In this document: positions 59,754-64,000 of the stretch, one piece after another
How the letters are laid out: each line of letters opens with the position of its first letter
Position numbering within the stretch: position 1 is the stretch's first letter
Translations under genes and position numbers: made by a program
Notes under the pieces: model-generated
The model's database searches: none
Told to the model about the DNA's origin: nothing
The model's input: the letters and a program-made list of their open reading frames with translations, nothing else
Assembly (NCBI GenBank): GCA_039028615.1
Contig: JBCCHT010000002.1
Coordinates: 288,001-352,000, forward strand
DNA: 64,000 bases
From: Myxococcota bacterium
Lineage (GTDB): Bacteria > Myxococcota_A > Polyangia > Nannocystales > Nannocystaceae
Direction: 5' to 3'

Positions 59754-61850
59754 TCAGGAGAAGAAGGCGAAGGCTTCCATGCTGTGCTGAACCCAGACCA
59801 TCCACTTGCTCGACCACTTGGTGGCGGCCAGCTCGGCCGGGGCTTCGCGAAGCCAGGCATTGTTGGAGAATTCGGTGTCGAGCACGAGCACGTGCCCCGG
59901 GTCGACGCGCACGCGGTCGACTCGGGCGGGGCGCTCGTAGCGGTAGGTCTGCCAGCGGTCTTCGCCGTCCCAGTGCTCGATGGTCCGCGCTCCGTCGGCG
60001 AAGGTGACCTCGACCGCGACGGGGAAGCGGCCCTCGCCCCAGCGTCGCACGGTGACCACCGACTGCCAGGGGCGCTCGCCAGAGGTCTCTTCGGGGTCTT
60101 GGTCCGCGTGGCCGTGCACCGAGGATGCGCGCCAGCTTCGGACCTCGTCGACCGCGTAGTCGAACACCACCGACTCCTTCCAGACCTGGGCGAAGAACCA
60201 GTCGAGGCGTTGGCCACTGACCAGATCCATCGTGCGGAAGAAGTCCTCAGGTTTCGGGTGCGAGAACGCGAAGCGACGGAAGTAGTGCGTCATCCCGCGC
60301 TGAAAGGTGGGCCAGCCCAGGTAGTTCTCGAGCGTGCGCAGGGTCAGCGCCCCCTTGTCGTAGGAGTTGACGCGATAGCCCCCCGGGCCCGTCTTCCACG
60401 AGTGCCGGGACTGCGGGTCGCGCTTGAGCGCGGAGTGCATGCCCACGTGACGGTCGGCGCCCGCCGTGCGCTCGGGCGGCACGACGGAGGGAAAGGCCAC
60501 GGGAAAAAAGCCCTCGAGGTAGCGCTCGACGTGGGCGTGCTCGGGGAACGCCGCCTCCATCGTGCGTGTGGTCGAGTAGGTGTTGAAGCCCTCGTCGAGC
60601 CAGGCGTGCTCGAACTCGTCGTTGGCGATCATCCCGTACCAGAACTGGTGCCCCGCCTCGTGGACCGTGACCCCCTCGGGCGAGCGGCGCTCTTTGGGGG
60701 ACAGCCAGCGCGTGCCCCCGGTAAACAGCGTCGGGTACTCCATGCCGCCCGTGCCCGAGCGATAGGCCGGGTCCACCACCGTGATGTGCCCGTAGGGATA
60801 GGGCCCCCACCAGCGACCGTAGTGCTCGAGGGCCGCCTCCGTCGCGTCGAAATAGCGATCGCGATGCTCGGCGTGGTCGGGCATCAGCAGCAGGCGCATG
60901 TCGACCGGAGGCAAGCCGGGGGACTCGAAGCGCCGCTCGTGCACCGCGAACTCCGTGCTCGCGGTCCAGGCGAAGTCGTGCACATCGGGCTGCACGAAGC
61001 GATGGGTGGTCTCGCCGCTGCCCTCGGTCGTCTCCGTCTCGCGCCCCGTCGCGCCCACCACCCAGTCCGTAGGTGCGGTGATCGAGACGTCGTAGACGCC
61101 GAAGTCCGAGTAGAACTCGGTCTGGATGAACTGGTGGCAGGCCCACTGCCCGTCGGGCTCGAGTACGCCGACCTTGGGGAACCATTGTGCGGCCAGCAGG
61201 TAGTTCCCGCGCGTCCCCGTCCGCGCGAAGGTCCGCGGCATCTTGGAGGTGAATCGCAGCTCGACCTCGATGGTCTCGCCCGGCGCCACCTCTCGCGGCA
61301 GCGGCACCCGCAGCACGGTGCGATCGTCGGTATTGCCGTCGTCGGGCGAGATGAACTCGGCCCTCGGATGCAGGTCGACGGCCGCGCCTGCTCCCTCATC
61401 CCTCAGACGCAGCTCGTGCACGTCGACATAGGCCCAGTCCTCGGGTCGGCGGTCGTCGTAGCGGTTGCCTCGCTCCCGCGCTCGCCGAAGGAACGAGCTC
61501 CGATCGTTGCGCCACGCGTTGTAGTAGAGGTGGTAGCGCAGCTCGGACGTGGGGTGCTCGGTGATGTTGGTCCACCGCAGCACCTGCTGCCCTTCGATGG
61601 TCTCGTGCTCGGGATCCCACCGCACCTGCATGGTGTAGTTGGCGTTGCGCGGGCTCAGGGGGCCGTCGGGCCACACCATGGGCTCGGCCAACGCATGCGT
61701 GGGGCCGTGGTCGCTCATGCCGGGCACGACGGGTCCGGGCTTGGCCGCCTCGACGGGCGCCGACGCCAACAGGCCCAAGACACCCGACCACATCACGCCC
61801 CATCGCCAGCCTCTTCGCGCATGCCGAGTTGGGCCAAGGGAGGACATCAT
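59754..61850 (-). CDS. Exported M1-family metallopeptidase
   Basis: GGMEYP, HEAGHQFW..WLDEG, SYDKG; signal peptide. Confidence 0.92.
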   Translation of the reverse strand: MMSSLGPTRHARRGWRWGVMWSGVLGLLASAPVEAAKPGPVVPGMSDHGPTHALAEPMVWPDGPLSPRNANYTMQVRWDPEHETIEGQQVLRWTNITEHPTSELRYHLYYNAWRNDRSSFLRRARERGNRYDDRRPEDWAYVDVHELRLRDEGAGAAVDLHPRAEFISPDDGNTDDRTVLRVPLPREVAPGETIEVELRFTSKMPRTFARTGTRGNYLLAAQWFPKVGVLEPDGQWACHQFIQTEFYSDFGVYDVSITAPTDWVVGATGRETETTEGSGETTHRFVQPDVHDFAWTASTEFAVHERRFESPGLPPVDMRLLLMPDHAEHRDRYFDATEAALEHYGRWWGPYPYGHITVVDPAYRSGTGGMEYPTLFTGGTRWLSPKERRSPEGVTVHEAGHQFWYGMIANDEFEHAWLDEGFNTYSTTRTMEAAFPEHAHVERYLEGFFPVAFPSVVPPERTAGADRHVGMHSALKRDPQSRHSWKTGPGGYRVNSYDKGALTLRTLENYLGWPTFQRGMTHYFRRFAFSHPKPEDFFRTMDLVSGQRLDWFFAQVWKESVVFDYAVDEVRSWRASSVHGHADQDPEETSGERPWQSVVTVRRWGEGRFPVAVEVTFADGARTIEHWDGEDRWQTYRYERPARVDRVRVDPGHVLVLDTEFSNNAWLREAPAELAATKWSSKWMVWVQHSMEAFAFFS

Positions 61851-61896
61851 CGGGGCGACGATACCCGAAAAACCTCCCCCGCTCGCTCGCCTGCAG

Positions 61897-62871
61897 CTAC
61901 GGCTGCCCCGCCACCACCAGCGCTCGCGCCGACTCGACCGGAAACGCCATCGAACCGTCGATACTGGCGGTCAGGGCGTCTTGGAGGCGCGGGTGAGTCC
62001 ACTGAAACCCGAGCTGCTCGAGACCGGCGGGACGAACTCGTTGCCCCCAAAGGAGCATCTCGCGAGCTTGCTCCGCGCCGAAGACCAGCCGCAACGCGGT
62101 GGCGGGAGCCGGGACCCACGCCGGCCGGCGCAGGCAGGCCGCGTACTGGCGAGCAAAGTCGGTGTTGCGGACGGGCTGCGGCGTGACCGCGTTGAGCACC
62201 CCCGACATGCGGGGGTCACCGAGCCCCGCCACGATGATGGCGACCAGATCACCGAGGCCGATGAAGCTCCAGAACTGGCGGCCCGAGCCCAGCCGACCGC
62301 CGAGACCGAGGCGTGTGGGGGCGCGCAGGGCCCCGAGCAGGCCGCCGTCGCCCAGCACGTGACCGAAGCGCAGCCGCAGGACGCGGACGCCCCGAGCTTC
62401 CAGAGGGCGGACCGCCGCCTCCCAGTCGCGCACCACCCCGGCGAGAAAACCATCGCCGATGGGGCTGTCTTCATCGACCCATGCGTCGGCAGTGTGGCCG
62501 TAGAAGCCGACCGCCGAGGCCTGCACGATCACCTTGGGCGGCGTCTTCAGCTGGGACAGCGCGGCGACGAGGAGCTTGGTGCCTTCGATGCGACTGTCGG
62601 CGATTTCCCGCTTGCGGGTCTTGGTCCACTTCGCGGGGCCGATCGGTGCGCCTGCCAAGTTCACCACCGCATCGACGCCCTCGAGATCCGCGGGATCGAG
62701 GCGTCGCTGAGCGGGAGACCACTCGATCGCGTCGGCATCGGACCCGGGGGGCCGACGCACCATGCGACGGATGCGAATGCCCGCCTCCGCATCGGTCAGG
62801 GTCTTGCAAAGGGCTCGCCCCACGAAACCGGTGGCGCCCGAGATGGCGATGCACGGAGGGGAATCGGCCAT
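61897..62871 (-). CDS. TIGR01777-family NAD(P)-dependent epimerase (YfcH-like)
   Basis: SGATGFVG, VVNLAGAPI, ASAVGFYG, GGRLGSGRQFWSFI. Confidence 0.92.
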   Translation of the reverse strand: MADSPPCIAISGATGFVGRALCKTLTDAEAGIRIRRMVRRPPGSDADAIEWSPAQRRLDPADLEGVDAVVNLAGAPIGPAKWTKTRKREIADSRIEGTKLLVAALSQLKTPPKVIVQASAVGFYGHTADAWVDEDSPIGDGFLAGVVRDWEAAVRPLEARGVRVLRLRFGHVLGDGGLLGALRAPTRLGLGGRLGSGRQFWSFIGLGDLVAIIVAGLGDPRMSGVLNAVTPQPVRNTDFARQYAACLRRPAWVPAPATALRLVFGAEQAREMLLWGQRVRPAGLEQLGFQWTHPRLQDALTASIDGSMAFPVESARALVVAGQP

Positions 62872-62949
62872 GAATGCGCTTTAGCACGGGGTGCTGCGGC
62901 TCGCCGCTCGAATGGCTGCGAGCGGCGTCGCGTCGGGCCGTGTCTGTGA

Positions 62950-63882
62950 CTACAGCGTGGTGCCGAGCCATTCGAGGATCTCGGGCACGACCTCGGGGAA
63001 CTCGCTGAGCAGCGTCACTCCGTGAGCACTCGAGCCCTCGATGATCTCGACGCGGGTCTCCCCGGTCGCGTCGGCGACCAGCTGCGTGCAGCTGTCGGCT
63101 TGGACTCCGCCGTTGTCGCCGTCGGTGGCCAGGCAGAACAGGTTGCCGAGCGTCAGCGATTTCGGCATCCCCGCGAGGGCCTCCACCGCTTCGAGCCGTG
63201 TCGAGATGGGCACCGCCGCCGAGATCGAGCCCTCGTGCAGAGCGACGACCGTGAGGTTGGCCCCGATGCTCGTGCCCACCGCCCCCAGGCGAGCACCGTC
63301 GACCGAAGGCGACTCGCGAAGCCAGTCCAGGGCCGCGGCGACATCGAGCGGCGCTTGGTCGGGATCGGTGAGGATGTCGGACAGCGCCCCCTGCTGAGGC
63401 CCGGAGTCGCCGTGACCACGTAGATCGAGCGCCAGGGCCACATAGCCCGCGTCGACGAACGTGGGGAGCAGCGCGTCCCACTGGCTGCGATCGTTGGCGA
63501 ACTGGTGGATCAGGAGGAGGCCGGGCAGGCAGGTGCCTTCGGTCGGTCGAGCAACGGTCGCGGCGAGCTCGGTGCCGTCGGCCGCCATGAGACTCAGCTC
63601 TTCGCTCACCAGGGGACCCGCCGCGGGGGTGCAGCCCTGGGCTGTGCCTTCGCCGTCGCTGGTGTCGTCCGCTCCGGTGGTGCTCGTGCTGGCCGGGGCG
63701 GTGGTGGAGCCGGGTTCGCCGGTGTCACTGCTCGACGCTGCGACGCCGCCGCTCGACGAGTCCGAGGCAGTGGCACTGCCTTCGTCGGTGGTGCAGCTGC
63801 TCCCGATCACGGCGAGGGCAAAGAGGAAGGACGTAGGACAATCGGACCAAGACAGGTGCACGGCGGACTCCGCGGACGACAA
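62950..63882 (-). CDS. Exported alpha/beta hydrolase (start uncertain)
   Basis: ALDLRGHGDS, nucleophile elbow GTSIG, C-terminal AHG. Confidence 0.85.
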   Translation of the reverse strand: MSSAESAVHLSWSDCPTSFLFALAVIGSSCTTDEGSATASDSSSGGVAASSSDTGEPGSTTAPASTSTTGADDTSDGEGTAQGCTPAAGPLVSEELSLMAADGTELAATVARPTEGTCLPGLLLIHQFANDRSQWDALLPTFVDAGYVALALDLRGHGDSGPQQGALSDILTDPDQAPLDVAAALDWLRESPSVDGARLGAVGTSIGANLTVVALHEGSISAAVPISTRLEAVEALAGMPKSLTLGNLFCLATDGDNGGVQADSCTQLVADATGETRVEIIEGSSAHGVTLLSEFPEVVPEILEWLGTTL

Positions 63883-63954
63883 CGTCCGCCTGGCTCGCAG
63901 GTTACCGTCTGTGGAGCGGGGTGACGCGGCCGCGCACAGCGCGACGGATGCCCA

Positions 63955-63999
63955 TCAGTCGCCGAAGACTTCCTCGAGCGTCTTCGCGGTCAGCACCCG
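63955..63999 (-). CDS. 3' end of a gene, DUF4351/Rpn-like C-terminus (partial)
   Basis: Reads RVLTAKTLEEVFGD-TGA, which resembles the tails of these proteins. Confidence 0.45.
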   Translation of the reverse strand, partial: RVLTAKTLEEVFGD

Positions 64000-64000
64000 C

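Overview
High-GC window with the gene repertoire of a myxobacterium. Many Ser/Thr kinase-TPR genes, Cys-rich lipoproteins and a MYXO-CTERM protein suggest a Nannocystaceae-like organism (inference). Housekeeping genes: groES-groEL with a CIRCE operator, pepN, rnd, sdhCAB and upp. Regulators: an ECF sigma factor, a LysR regulator, and FadR/GntR and TetR regulators whose operators are visible. No rRNA, tRNA, CRISPR array or transposase was recognised. Strongest leads: (1) a splicease-type radical SAM/SPASM gene directly upstream of a Cys-rich lipoprotein whose only Tyr sits in an I-Y-G motif, while a paralogue elsewhere in the window has neither that motif nor the N-terminal CxxC/CPFC leader; (2) a ~900-bp nested palindrome downstream of groEL holding two near-identical, outward-facing copies of a ~150-200 nt element that folds better on one strand; (3) a TIR-like/TM/DUF1566 receptor translationally coupled to a His-Gly/Cys (caspase-hemoglobinase-like) protein; (4) a coupled kinase + pseudokinase pair with the same domain architecture; (5) a rod-shaped candidate sRNA near 57 kb. 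All assignments come from reading motifs by eye; no database searches were run.
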